Shown here one piece after another: positions 36,401 through 51,400 of a DNA stretch of 64,000 nucleotides. This DNA is from Mizuhopecten yessoensis. Its lineage: Eukaryota. Position 1 is the stretch's first letter; each line of letters opens with the position of its first letter. The notes beneath the pieces are model-generated. The model was given only the letters and a program-made list of their open reading frames with translations, had not been told where the DNA came from and did no database searches. The translations under genes were made by a program, and so were the position numbers. The stretch covers positions 410,718 through 474,717 of the forward strand of contig NW_018408784.1 of assembly GCF_002113885.1 (NCBI RefSeq), given 5' to 3'.

Positions 36401-39400
36401 TTGTCACTCGAGGGCGGAGACGGCTGTTTGGTCTCGGACGCTGCTGCTGCTGCTGCTGGGGGAGGTGCAAGACCCCCTTGGTCCCCGGGATGTGGGCCCT
36501 CCAGCTCTGAAAAATGGCCAGTAATCGATGCCAAAGGATTTGTTCATTCTATAACCCGATACACAATTGAATCTAAGCATGTCAAAATTGTTTGGGCTCT
36601 GAAAAAACTTTTCAGCTAAGCCATTCAGTATTTGATATATTTTAGGTAATGTCGGACATAGGAATAAACCACCAAGAGACTTAGAGAGCAAATTTGGTCA
36701 ATATCACCAATATATATAATTTTTGCGTCTATTGCATGGTGGAATATTCCAAATTTTTGAAAGTCAGGATTTCTTTTCTTCTGTTACTGTAAAACACAGA
36801 AATATATGTCCTTGCTTCCTTCTTTTGTCATAGATACACTAACTGTAATAACACCTTGTTTCCCATTCCATTACTTCTTGTTTTTGTGATGAAATAAAAA
36901 AAATGTGAAATACTACACAAAAATTACAACTTTTAAAGCAGTGAATATACAGATATTTAGTGAGCATTCATTACAGTAACTGAAACATAAAGACTAAGAG
37001 TGAATTCACAATATCTAACTATAAAGGAATCCCCACAACCTGTAGAGCACTTCACATGTAATTGAATTATATGCAAAGGGAGGTAACCTAGTCATTCATC
37101 TATCATATGAAATATTAATATTTTAATGATGACAGATTTACATCTTCTTGGGTAATTACAATGAAATCTGTCTAATCTGACACCCATATATGATTTTTTT
37201 TATAGAAACTGAATTTTGAGCTCCGTTTGTTTTAGGTCTGTTCACATCTAAGTACTTTCTTTAACTTTATTCACAGAATATTTCTGTGCCACTAGGACTA
37301 TTTCAACACATAAATGAAAGAGGCCTTGGAAGTTTATATAAGAAATTGGATAACAAATGCATGTTGGATTTGACAGAATGTCCGAACACTGAAGGAGGGC
37401 TCAGATTAGGCAGGTTCCAATGTAATTTATCAATTCTACACAGCAAAAACCTGTGACCGGACATACCTTCCCCAGTCACATCCATGTCCTTCTTGTCCTT
37501 CACCATCTCATCATCTCTCTGTTGACGGACAGATGACCATGCAGCCGCCTGGTTTAGCTTATTGGCTTCGATGTAGGCCATTTCTGCTCCGATCTCGTTG
37601 TTGACAGTGTCGTAAAACAAACCTTCAAAAGAAAATTTACATGAATTTTGTTTCTATTTTGATTATAGTTTTAAACACCTGTGTTTCTCAAGAACTCGGA
37701 GAAAAATTATATATTTTGATCATTGCTTAAAAGTATTGAGAAGTGGGTGTGATATAATCAATTCGTAAGAATTCTTAAGGTATTCTAGTTATTTAAGGGT
37801 TTTTTCCTGTTTTCCAAAAATGCCCTACCTAACATTGTCCAGGCCAAGATACTGCGCGGATCGACACATGTAGCCGCTTCAAAGAACGTCTCGGCAGCCT
37901 CATGTTTCTCCAGGAGGGTACACACTACGCCATACAGAAGCAGTCCCTGCAGGTGTTTCTGGTCGATGGCGATGCATTCCTTGAAGCATTCCTCAGCCTT
38001 TGTGATGTCATTGATGTACAGACAGAACGTACCATACTCAAACCAGTTGGTAGGATCATTCTTGTTGCGAGCGATTCTCTGAAAGAAGAAAAAAACTACT
38101 TTTAGACAGAAAATTAATCAGTTTTTACCAACTTCTGATTTCTGGACCACAGGAGGATACTAAATGTATTGTATAATATAAAATATTGGATACATCATAT
38201 AAAAGGTCCAATCTCAAACTAAACATGATTGCTTGATAAGCAAAAAAAGTCAGAGACTCATTGAAATTTTCTATCTACCTATTGTCATGGTTATTACTCT
38301 TACCCTGTTTTTATGTCTAATAAAATTCTTTCCTTGTTGCTATGGTTACTTATGACATTACCCTGTTCCTATACATCAACTTTAAACCTTATTGCCATGC
38401 CTACAAAAAAAACACCAACATGTTGCTATGGATACCAAAGACCTCATCCTGTTGCTATGTCTATAGACTTTTAACCTTGTTGCCATGTCGACCAAAAGAT
38501 GGCTACCAATGTCTGACTCTGTTGCTATGACAACTCACCTCCTGGTAGTACTTGGTAGCCAGCTCGAAGTTCTCATTGACCTCTGCCTCGCGGGCGAAGT
38601 GCTTGAGCTGGGCTGAGTCCGTGAGTGGAGAGGGCACTGGTGGTTGGTCCTCGAGGGCCAAACTTCTGCCCAGGGCAACATGCATCTGGTCGATCAGGTA
38701 CACATACAGCTCACTAAGGAAGGTCTACAAGTGAAGAAAGAGAGACACACAAATCAGAAATAAAATTCAATAAATATTATCTTTGTGTTAAAAATAATCT
38801 TAAAAGTGCCTGAGTTTAGAATATAATTTTTTATTTGAATCAAAGATTTGTAAAAGTTGTATATGAAATAAATATAATATTATTCAACATTAATCCTTGA
38901 GTTTCTAATTTTGTTTTTTTAACCAAAATTTGTAACATTGGTAATTCAAATAGTTTACCTAATTATCATAAAAAACAATATGTTTTTTAAATTATGCTTC
39001 CAAATATTTAATACAATTTAAGCATAAAACTTAATTAGTTGTTATCAAAACTAAAACTGGTAATATCTTTTTAATTTTCAAAATTTGTATGTTTCTTGTC
39101 TTCAAATCAGCAGATATGATCTAATTTAAGTTCTTCATTGTAACTTAAGTTCAGAATTTTGTTGATTTCAGATGTAAAAGGACAGTTAGCGATAAGGCCT
39201 TTTTCCTAATTTCAACAATATTGATGGAAATCAAATGAGCCAAGTTTGTTACAACGAACTACTTTCACAGATATCTAAAATACACTACTGACATCATCTT
39301 AAGGATGAGGTTTGGTCTAAGGTCTGATTGTATGTGTACTGTAAGTATAAAACAGGGAGAACTTTACCTGGAGCTCCTGTCTGTTGTCAAAGGTGGTTGT

Positions 39401-42400
39401 CTTCAGGTACTTTTCCCTGACAATCTTCACCACGGCATGCTTCAACTGTTCCTTGAAGGCAAAGTACTTCCCGGATGAGTTCAGCTCATAGATCAATTTT
39501 TGTCTCCTGTTGGATACAAGGCAGTGACCATGACAAAACTTACAAATCTTGATTTCGTGTTGGTAATTATTTCAGATGACATGTTTGAAAGAAGTTTTCC
39601 CCTTTAATCATCATGCCTATTTGAACAGTGGTTTAGAAAAATATATATTTTTAAGACTTCAAGATTGCAAAGGAAGGCAAACAAATCACCTCTACCAGAA
39701 CATTGGCTTCATAATAACATCAAAAACCTTCATATTTAACAGGTATTACATATTTAACAGATATTTAATAGGTACTACATATTTAATAGGTACTACATAT
39801 TTAACAGGTACTACGTATTTAACAGGTAATACATATTTAACAGGTACTACGTATTTAACAGGTACTACACTACATATTTAACAGGTACTACACTACATAT
39901 TTAACAGGTACTACATATTTAACAGGTAATACATATTTAACAGGTACTACGTATTTAACAGGTACTACACTACATATTTAACAGGTACTACATATTTAAC
40001 AGGTACTACATATTTAACACAGGTACTACATATTTAACAGGTACTACATATTTAACAGGTACTAGATATTTAACAGGTACATGTACTACATATTTAGCAG
40101 AATGATAAGTGATATGTACCTGGTCTCCATACTCTCAGTAGACTCGGGTTCCTCTGGCTTCAGTTCATCTCCAAACTGATCCCTGTATAAAGAAATGCTG
40201 TTGTTAGTATAGTCCCGAAATGTTTCAAACATTCCCGGCATATAAAACTCAAATGACATTCAGCATAAGCAATAAATACATGGAAATAGTATGAAAATAT
40301 CTCAACTATGTAAGAAAGAAATAACCAAAAACAAAAACTTAAAATGCATGAATATTAAAAAATAGATCTCCTCTGACATTTGGAGAATTTATAGAAAATA
40401 TTATTATTTTGGCTCTTTTGGCTCAATTCTTACCTGAATTCATCCAATATCAGGTTAGCTACACTAGCAACTTGGTTATGGAAGTCTTCCACAGACTGCA
40501 AAATACAAATTACATATTATGTAAAAACTTACTCATTTATAGCCATATGGGTTTAACTTCAATTTTCTGTCCTTGGGATAAAACTCTTTCATTTTTAAGG
40601 CATCTTGTAGTCTATGGCACTTAATTGATGCACTAAGATAATTTATACTGACGATGATGTTGTCTTAGAAATTTTTTATTGCCAACTTTTTGATAATTGA
40701 AATTTTATTGAGAAAAAAAATATCAGCTCTAATTTTTTTAGAAGAAGACAGGATTTTTGAAATTGGAATATTTTTTTTTAACATAATTCAACAAAATTGT
40801 AAGGAATACTGGTCTTACCCTCTGTGCTCCGTCAGTGCGCTTAGGAAACAGTGGTCTGGGTGGAATGTACTCGGCCACTCTGGAAAACCAGGACAGTTAT
40901 TAACATCTGTATGGATACTACAGATTCAACCGGAGGAACTTTAAACATGAACAATCAGTACCTCAAAATGACAAATTTTGTTCCTTTTTAGTGAAACACG
41001 TCGTTAATGCCATAACTTAACTCATTTTGCAAAGAACTTGTTTTTCTGAACATACTTTAATTCTCATCTACAATTTGGTCATAAATATTTCAGAGGTGAG
41101 ACAAGTTGCTTTGAGCTTTTTTGGGGAAATTATTACAGGAATATCTGTCTAAGAAATACTCCTATTCTTTAAAAACTTAGGTACATAAGCATAACAATAT
41201 CCCTCGTTGTTTTTATTTACCTTCTAGCGAGCTCCTCTGGAGGGCGTTTTGGGATCAGAGGACTGGTCAGCGAGATCTCGAGCATGACATAGGACTTGGA
41301 GTCCACATACTGCTGACCCTCCACATTGACCGGTGCTTGACCGTCCACCTCGGATCCAGTGTCCGACTTAATGGTCTGAGACGCCTGGAACAAACGGATA
41401 ACACTGTATAGTGATGGTCAAAACATACTAATCAGTATTGGAGCAGCCAGGGATCAATTGTTCAAAGCATTGTTAGTTTAAAGCTAAATAAAAAAAAAAA
41501 AAAATTACACGACATTTATGTGACAGTTTACAAAACTATGAATATTTTGATGTTGTTTGTTTTTTCTGTCTAATTTTGATTACAAACAAAATTAATTTTG
41601 GTTTTGAATTACAAAATTAATGACAATTTTCTCGGACAGTATTTTTTTTTTTGCGATTTAGCATTTGTTAGCTAACAAAGCTTTGATCAACCATTAAAAG
41701 CCTGATAAACAACACCTAGCACATTTATCATTAAAAGCAAACAATTATCACTGTACAAAAATTTACAACATTGATACTTGAAGTGCAACTATATTTATTT
41801 TTGTGTGGTTTTTAGTAGGTAATCATGACTTAGCTTATATTAATATAGTATTACTGTTGATGTGTGGAATTTTCTTCTCAGACAAACATAAATTCTTATC
41901 TCCTTGGACGAACTTATTACACGAAATGTGATTTATGAACCAAATTATGACATACCAATTAACGATTTACTAGTATTTATCAATACAAAATTTTCTTTTG
42001 CTAGGACGAATATAAACATTGTATTTTAATTATGATTTTTATATGTGCATAATATGATGATGTTATTTTGTATACTTGTTCAAACAAGCTTGGGATTGGA
42101 TATAATTTGTGAAGCAGATATTTCTCAACACAAAAAGTGAATTATATACATATATTCAAATCATAGCTAAAATAGTTGATAACATCAGTACGAATATTTC
42201 TTAAATAAAAACACTGCAGAATTTCTGCATTCTCTGCAAGTGAACCTTTAAAAAACTTGTCTATAAAGGAATATCCCATAAAACGTGTAGTTTTTGGTCT
42301 TTGTATTCGAAATGTACATAATATCTGTTTTTTAGAAGAAATTTAGTCTCCGAAATAATAATGAAAACAAACTGTTAACATCTCAAAGTACAAGGGAGAA

Positions 42401-45400
42401 TTATCTGTGAAGCAAATGAAATCTAAATAATTTTATGTTATTTTCATTGCCACTGGTACCAGTACCATATTCTCATATAAAGCACTATCTTGATTTTCTG
42501 TGAAATATTAAATCATTTCCTTAAAACTTTTGAGTTAGAAAAATGTAAATGCATTTAAAATTATATGAGAACACCATAATTACATAGAGTAGTTTTAAAT
42601 TTATTCTTTTTTAAATTAACAGACGTGTTGTTCAATGTCGGTCTAGCATATTCATAACTGAAATCATCTGTTATATTTTCAAAAAATATGAAAAAATTAT
42701 GTATTTTGAAATATTAAGGTAAAAAATAAAATTACTCCATAAAAAAACCTTACCCAGCATTTATTTTAGTATTTCACAAGTGGCCTTTATAGACAAGTTT
42801 TCTTTCTTTCTATAAAACGTCTCCCACAAACCACAACTACTGGACCCCACAGTCACACAAGGTTCAGTCTTCAGTAACAGCCCCGACCACCTATAACACC
42901 ACACAGTCTACCACTTCAGTACAAAAAGCCACATACATCTACCGGCTGGACATCTGACCCGTCCAGAGTCTTATTAGTGCACACAAAAGTATGGCTGTTA
43001 AAACAGTCATTTTTCAAATATATTCCCCAAAGACCAATATCTACTGGTCAAGTTCATGTGTTGCGAGATATAATCAGCATAAGTTTGATAATACCTTCTT
43101 CATTTTTTTGTGTTTAAATATCACATTTTTGTAATTTAAGTTATTTTTAACACAAATATTGCAAATTCATGTGATTTTGAGGTATAGTTAGTATTAATGA
43201 TATATGTAATTTATATATTTTATTTTTTATTCTTATTTTTATTTTTTTGCATGCCTATAGGTGTATGAAATTTCTATTAAAATTGTTCAACAATACTAAT
43301 CAACATCCGAAGTTTTAAGGCAACAAACTTTTCAGGAGAAACAAATAAAAGAGAAAATTCTAATGAATCCACACAAATAAAAATCTACAATTTATTTTCT
43401 ACTTATCTATCACACAAAACACAAAAAACTAAAACTTTGCTAACATTTTTTTAATTTTTTTTTGTTGTAAATGATTTGCATATCAAAATAAGCCAAATAT
43501 TTGTTTATAAGAAATATCTGTATTGCTTTTTCTTCATAGATTTTTTTTTTTCATATTAATGAAATTTTGAAAAAAAATCAATTAAAAATTGAATTAAAAC
43601 TTCAATGTAGATCCCTGAAAACGAACACATTTGAACAGAATCTAAAATTCATGTACAGAGTCTAATATTAACTGTTTCACATATCTATACATATGCAAAA
43701 TATGATATTTTTTTTACCTGTATTTCATGGATCTATCTATGTATCTACAACTAAAGTGCAAACCTAAAGCGGGTGTTGGGTGCAGCCAGTTACGAAAACT
43801 ACAGTTTTAGAAGTCTATACTGTGTAGTCACGGCAGATCAACGTGGGAACAGGACCTCTTTAGGCTACGAGAGGTGACAAACCGACTATTCTTTACAGGA
43901 AATCAAACTGGTCTCAGTTTCACAAAATTTCCTTAACTTCAGGAAAACCACTGACTTCAGTTTTTCCATATAAAAGCATTATTTAAGTTACAGAAAGATC
44001 TTAGGAAATTTTCCCTAACTTCAGAAATGCTTTCCTATGGGAAATCTGAAGGAGTTTCCTTGAGTTCGGAAACATTTGTAAAACATGGGCCCGAACATCT
44101 ATTTACCATGTGAGATCCCATCTCTGACTTAGCACCTATACTGTGGTCCTGTGGGCAAGACAAACCTAATGTATATAACAATGTATTATCGATCCACAAT
44201 GTAATAGATACACCCTATGTCGGACACTATGAAAATCACGAAAATAGCATACATTTGTATACATTGGGAATGAGTTTTAAAATTTAACATCCAGATTCAT
44301 TTCCTAAATTCAATTTTTTTTTTATACCTTATATATATATTTTTTATTTTTATTTGGTAGCTTTGAACAATAAGGAAATATACATATCGAAATTTTGGTA
44401 CAAAGGAACCCGCTTATTGTGATATACTTGCCAGAGAAAAATATTACAATCATAACTGATATATTTTATCAAACGATCAAGCTGTTTTCAATAATTTTTA
44501 GGTTGTCTAAACCTGTAGTGAGATACCCTGTAATCGTGAGACATAGACAGATGTGGAAACATTGGGAAATGAGAATACAAATTGAAGTATGGTGTCTCAG
44601 ACTTCTAAAAGTAATCAATTGTTTGTAAAAATGCTTTCCAAGCTGGTAGACTTTAAAATTCAAAACTTACCTCTTCTTATCAACAATATTGTTGTATTAA
44701 CTCCAATAACTTTGTTTTAATATCTAATAGAGAACTACAGTAAAACCTTATTAAAAATGACCATGTGTTGTACCATACATGAAAAAACCTATCTCACAAC
44801 AGAGCAGGGTTATTTCTAAAACAAAATCAGAATCCATTTTACAGGTGAATATCTTCCTCAAATTTCAATTCAAGCAGTGATTGATGAAATTCAAAGATAT
44901 TGGAGGCTGTTTCAAGGAGTTTCCAATCCTTAACTGCGATTTTTTTAACAATACATAATAGAAGTAAAAAGTTAAAAACAAGAAAGACTTCCTGATCTTT
45001 TTAACATGATGTAACAAGTTGGGAATGTCCTAAATGACTAAGAAATAAAAGAGAAGGAAGATGTATCTTATGTCTTGAAGAATAACTGGATACAGCTGCT
45101 GTACCAGACACAGAAGGTTTGGGGATAGAGAAGTGCTTGTACATGTATATAAAAAATCCTCAATATTCTTGTGTGCTTTGTAACAGATCTAAAGATGTCT
45201 AGCAAGTGACATGGATCAAAAAAGACAATTTTGACAGGAGAGTTCAATTTTCCATGATCCTATTCTGTGAAGTTTCCATGCATTATATAGACTATTATTG
45301 AGATAGTTTGGGCATAATAATAGAATTGCTACCAACCATACAACTTAATAATAGTCACCAGAATATTCCCCACGTATCCATCTTGTATGATTAGCAGTAT

Positions 45401-48400
45401 ATTATGATAAATGTCTATTGTTCAACTTAATGAAAAATGGGAACGAAATCACAAAATCTTTCCAAAACTATTAGTAGTTTTAATCTCGTTCGTAATAACC
45501 TAAAAATGTCATGAATCTCCAAACTGCTTTTTATTTTGACATCAAAAAGAAAGTGTTCATCTGGTCCCCCTGTCCACTTGTATAGTTCTTCAGGAGATAC
45601 ATAAACATTCTGGTGACTTAATGCTGGTTGTTAAACCTAAATTGTCGCTATAATACTCTGTTACCTTGGGCACTGGAACCGTGAGGGTATGGGGGGAATC
45701 CTGTTGGAAAATCGGGACACAATTTCAAATCAAATTCAAGGGATCAATATGTTGTCATTTCTCACAAACCTAGAAACAGTGCTTTATTATACCATATGCC
45801 ATATGAACGCCATCAATTTGTCAACTTGCACAAAATTCAATTTTCGTATCATTTGGTACAATATATATTCTAACAATTTTTTATTACACAATCAATTGCT
45901 CATAGACTACAGATTTAGTTGCCTCTGTTATTATTAGTGCAACGGCTTATTCTAAACATGGTCAAATAAATTAATCGGACAACAGTTCCTTCAAAAGTTT
46001 TAAAAAGCAATAAAAAGTACATTATATTTCTTAAGATGGAAAATAAACATTGAAGATTTTTATTATTGAATTAATATTGGATTAATAAATTCTGTTATAT
46101 CAGTTTTTGTAATAATATGTTTTTGACTACTACTATATACTTAATGCAACATTATAACCATGCACTTTACTTTTAATAGTGTTTTTCTATGGCAACAACA
46201 GAAAGATACTTTTTTATTTCTATTGAAAAGCATTTTTTATTATTATTATTCTTTTTACTCTGATATTTAATAGGCATCACGACCATGCATCCATAACCCA
46301 TTCTGAACTAAGCAAGGGCCTAGCAAACTGTAAGCTCCTGTCAAACAAAAAGCTGAATTATCTCCCTTGGTTCTAAGACTATTAGAGAAACCAACACCAG
46401 ACACTATTGCAATGCACCATATTTGAAACTTAAAACCGAAAAATGTCACTCTCAACAGAAACAGAAATCATAAATATTATTTTTTTATATCGTGAATGCA
46501 AATTTTCAGCATATACCAATATTTACAAGCCAGCTCTTCATTAATTAGTGGAAGTTTTACCATACAGTCCATTCTGTTTTCACCATATTTATGTCCGAGG
46601 GATGATTGTGTGAAAGTGAAGCCCAAACAGGGAAACAATTGAGTCAATACCACTGGTGTGACAGCCAATGTCCGAAAACATAAATTTAATTTTGCTGATA
46701 TCATGATATGATTAAATGATGAAACTAGCAAATATTTTACACATTTTCACAAAAAAAAAATCACATTTACAATATTATTTTTTCAAGCCCTTCATTAAAA
46801 CCCCATCATTCATTTCTTTGTGATCCATTTTATAATGTTAATATTATTTCTTTGAATAATTTACTGCCCTAGACAATGTTAATAATAGCAAATTAATTTG
46901 ATTAATAATTTTTGCAAACAAAAAGAAACAAAAGAAATACGAACAAGTGATACTATCACACCCTTCGTGCAAAATCACCAAAAATATATTTTAGTTTCTC
47001 GTCAATAAAAAACAAAGCAATCTAGAGACTACGACATGTTCTGTAATCAAGGTGAAATACTTATAATGCATTGTGCTGTGATAATATGGAAACATAGAGA
47101 ATAATTCAAATGTTATCATTTTTCCAGTTTTTTGTATGATAGTGAAAACATTGGTCTAAAATAATCAGTTGTACAAGTACTGTATTTAACTTACATTTTG
47201 TGAGTAATTTAGTAGTAAGCATAAAATTATCAGCTGTACTGTACTTAACTTACTTTTTGTGAGTAATTTAGTAGTAAGCATATTATTCACTAAATTCGTT
47301 CAGAAAGTTAGTAATAAATAATCTTTAAAATTTGTGGATTCCATAATTTCTTCAATCGCAGACGACCATAGAATGAAGTTATGCCAAATTAGTTTGAAAT
47401 AAATTGCAAATTAAAATATTTATCAAATCTTACATTGAACTAAAAAAAATAAAGTACTCACAAAATTTAAACAATCTACAGTATGTCTGCATTCACTTTG
47501 TATCACATACATTTTTTCTTTAGAAAGCAGAGAAGAACAAAGCTTAAGGTTGTAGGTATAAAAGTACCATTATATATATACATGTATATATAGTAACATT
47601 TGTAGTACGTAATACAACCACTCAAACGAATCACACAAACGCCTTATACCGAGCGTTAACAAAGCAGTCTATTACAGAGAGAAAATGTGAACACCATTTC
47701 AAACTATTGTGGGGGTTAAAGGTTAGGTAGACAGACCTCTGGGGGGTTCAGTGTATGACCTCCGTGGTGCTGTGATGCAATGCTCATGGAGCGCTGGAAA
47801 ATTACACATACTGACTAGTGCCGAAGTTATGTTTGTAATTTGCAATATCGGATCCAGGGTGTGAGTAATTTGAAGCTGGGTTTCAAAGAATTTGATTTAA
47901 GGATGTATGCCACCTTTGAGGGGACATGTACCAACTTTCTAAAAGAGCTCCATACTAATTAAAAGCATACATGTATAACATTTCTTTAATAAATAATAAT
48001 ATTTCATGCAAAAATATTTGTGAGGTACACAAGAATGCAAGCTTTTGATTTTGAATAATTTGATTATGCTAATTCAAAATTCCAGGAGATTTGCTTACAC
48101 AAACATCATAGGTATGATGTGTAAGGTAGTATAAATTGTTAGCAAAGGGACATTTTGTCTGTATAACATATTTTACTTTAAATAAATAAAAAAAGTAACA
48201 ATTATTTTATGTCAATTATTTTTGATATTCAGTGCAAATCAAGTATTTTCTTGACTTCTTTAATAACTATTTTAGCCAGATTTTGTTGTTAAAAAATTGA
48301 TTAGATATTCTGGAATCCCCTAAAAATCCTCCTGGATCCGATATCGCTTTGTGTAACAGTTTTAATATCAACATTCACATCATAAGTAATCCTGCAAAAG

Positions 48401-51400
48401 AACGGTTGAATTTTTAGCAGATTTAATACTGTATTTTTTCTAATAAATATCCTCTGTCTACGGCTTGACTTAAGAAATGAAATTGAATTGCTCTCATAAC
48501 TATTGGGAAGGTGAAAAGTGCTCTGAGGAAGGGGTAGGGTAAGCAAAAAGATTAAAATTATAAATCAAATCATTGAACTTGTTCAAAGTAAACAAACAAA
48601 TCTCTTCAATTTTTTTATCAACTGAAGTCATATATGAATATAACATTCATTTCGTCAATGTACAAATGTAGATGAATTATCTGCACTTGAATAAATTTAA
48701 AGAAATATTACAAAGGTACCTTGGTAATCATTAGAATAAATACAATATTTGCAAAACATGATTTGTCAATTTTAACTGATGTATAAAATGTCTACCCACA
48801 AAAAACAAAAAGAAATCACATGGGATTGTCACTCAAATCCCACAAGACATGCATGCTTTTAAAAATAAAGTCCAAAACAATACTGAAATCTACATGACAC
48901 CAAACACAATCAACCTCTATTTAAATTATGCTTTATGAGATAAACAAAACCAAAAACAGTCAGAATGTCTAGGGCAGAATTCTATCAAAAAATCAAAGGA
49001 AATGTATCAGAGATGAAGACAAATTTAAAAAAAAAAAAAAGAAACATGGAAGGCTGTATGTGTGTGTATGCCTGATAGGAAAATGAACAGAAGGTTATCT
49101 TTTCAAAATCTTTAAATGACATGTAATAAGTAAATAAAAAAATAAATAAATAAAGACTGGAAGAATACACTTATCCATCGAAAATAACAACCATGTCAAA
49201 AAACAGACACAAGTACCAGTATAAGAACTGAAGTGATGTTTACACAGATATTAAAACAATTTGAATCTTAGAATATGAAAGGGATTTTCAGTATTTAAAG
49301 TTATAAAAAGCAAAAAACAAATTAAAATAATAACAGAAAACTTAATAAAATACTAACAATTTCACAAAAAATAAAATCCAAACAAAATGAAGACAAGAAA
49401 AGTAATTAATATTTTTTCTATAGATTATCTATCAGGCCATCCATTGAACACATGGAAATGCCTTATAGACAACTGCTACTGTTGTCACATGATGGTCACA
49501 TGACCATCACGCCTAAATCACGCCTACCAGTACCAACCTCATGATGGGCTACACTACTGGAACGCTGAAACACCACGCACATAGTTTCGTCATATTTGTC
49601 TGTAGATTTTCTGCCCGGCCATAGAAAGATCAACTTTGCTGCTTCGATTTTTTTAAATTTAATGAACGTGTAAGAGTTCAAACTTATTTTTATTTTGAGA
49701 AAGAAATTACCTAACTGAATAAATTGAGCGGGGGAAGGTCAGAAAGAGGCAGGATCGCAAAAACGAACATTTTATTGTAGAAATGTTATATATATATATT
49801 TATGTATCGCAGTATGCCCAATGTTTATTTCTATTTTTCTATCAAGCTATCTATAACGCAATGATAAGCCGCTTACAGAGTAATTCTGTCAAGCCGTGTT
49901 GACGTCCATGTGCAGTGGATGTGTAGCGGACATTTACCTAATTCGTGAAAGCGTGCATTCTATAATGAACTGTTAAAACATTTTCATTATTTTGTTATAA
50001 AATACATTCAAATACACAATCAATATTTTTTCCTTAATTTTGAGGATGGTAGTAACCAATTTCTCAAAATTTAGCTTATTGTTGAAATTACACAAAAAAC
50101 ACCTATTTGATACAAATTCAAATCCTGAAATTTCTGACAGTGTCCTAAGTAGAAGAAATATGACCACCTGTTAATAGATGCATGAGGTTGTTATATAACA
50201 TATCACATTAAAATAAACAAAATCACAGGTAAAACTACAGGTACATACCCCTTTCTTCACTTCTTTCTCCTTCTTCTCATCCTTCTCCTTCCCTGCCTTC
50301 TTGGGGAAGGGTGAGGCACTGTTACGGTTTAGGATGTTGAAGGCTATTCTACCAGCCTCCTCACCGTAACCTGTCTTCCTCTTCGTCTGAAAATATTTAG
50401 GATCAAATTTTAAAAAAATCTTAAAATTGTTGCCAAATATTTTATTGTTATAATGATAGAAATAATCTACATTTTCTCATTTTTATTTGAACTGAAAAAT
50501 AAAATTTTCCGAATTAGAACTTTATTTTCATAGTTTCTGAAAGAATTAATTATACATTGTATCAACAATTGTACATTTGTTGATATCAATGCAGAGTTTT
50601 TCCCTTCTGGTTAAACTTTTAACAACAAAAAATATAAGGCAATATAAAATGACACAGAAGAACCATTACAAATTGTTTAATGTATTGAGAAATTGTATAC
50701 CTTCTCATGTAAAGCATGGTCAGTATAGGCGTGGACCCTGTAAGCACCACGGATTCTCTTCACTGTAAGAGGCAAGCAGAATTACATATTGTATAGTTAT
50801 TTCAATGTGATTTTAACTTTGAAGGCATGATGGATTCTCTCAACATTTTGTTCTCCCTTCTCAAAATAGATCTGTTACAATTGTTAAACAATTCTTTTAA
50901 AAAAGAAAATACTGACATTTTTACCAAACCTGAGAAAAGAGAACGAGGGATTTTTTCTTTCTGCCAGAAGATTTTTAGAAAACACATTATATTCACTTGA
51001 TCCTAATATCTTTTTTAAATGCTTTTAATATTTTAATTAATTTATGCAAAAATATTGCTTATTGTTGTTTTTTAAACAATAAAAACCTGAAATGTACTTC
51101 AGTTATGTATTATTATATAAATTAAATTAAACTAGATTATTTTTGTAATGGGCGAAATAAGATCTAATACTTTATCACAGATTGACTCACCTCCCGGGTA
51201 CAGCAGAGGGGCGAGGTTAACGTAGGCAACACCGTGGTAACTGATGGAACCTTCCTCATCCTGTACACACACAAAAAACATATTTAGTATCATTTAAAAA
51301 AATAACGGGAAAATATGGACGAATTTGTAGCGTAAGAAAATATATTTTGTTAGTAAATGAAATTGATTTCCATAAGGTTTGAGGTCAGTTACCAATCTAA

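Noticed and set aside
39576-39881. 101-aa ORF with TYLTGT repeats
   Set aside because: It is a translation of the 18-bp minisatellite in a CFAP70 intron.
44671-44723. AG...GTAAGT-bounded 53-nt segment in a CFAP70 intron (minus strand)
   Set aside because: Not a multiple of 3, has an in-frame TAA and is AT-rich; it could only be a poison exon, with no support.
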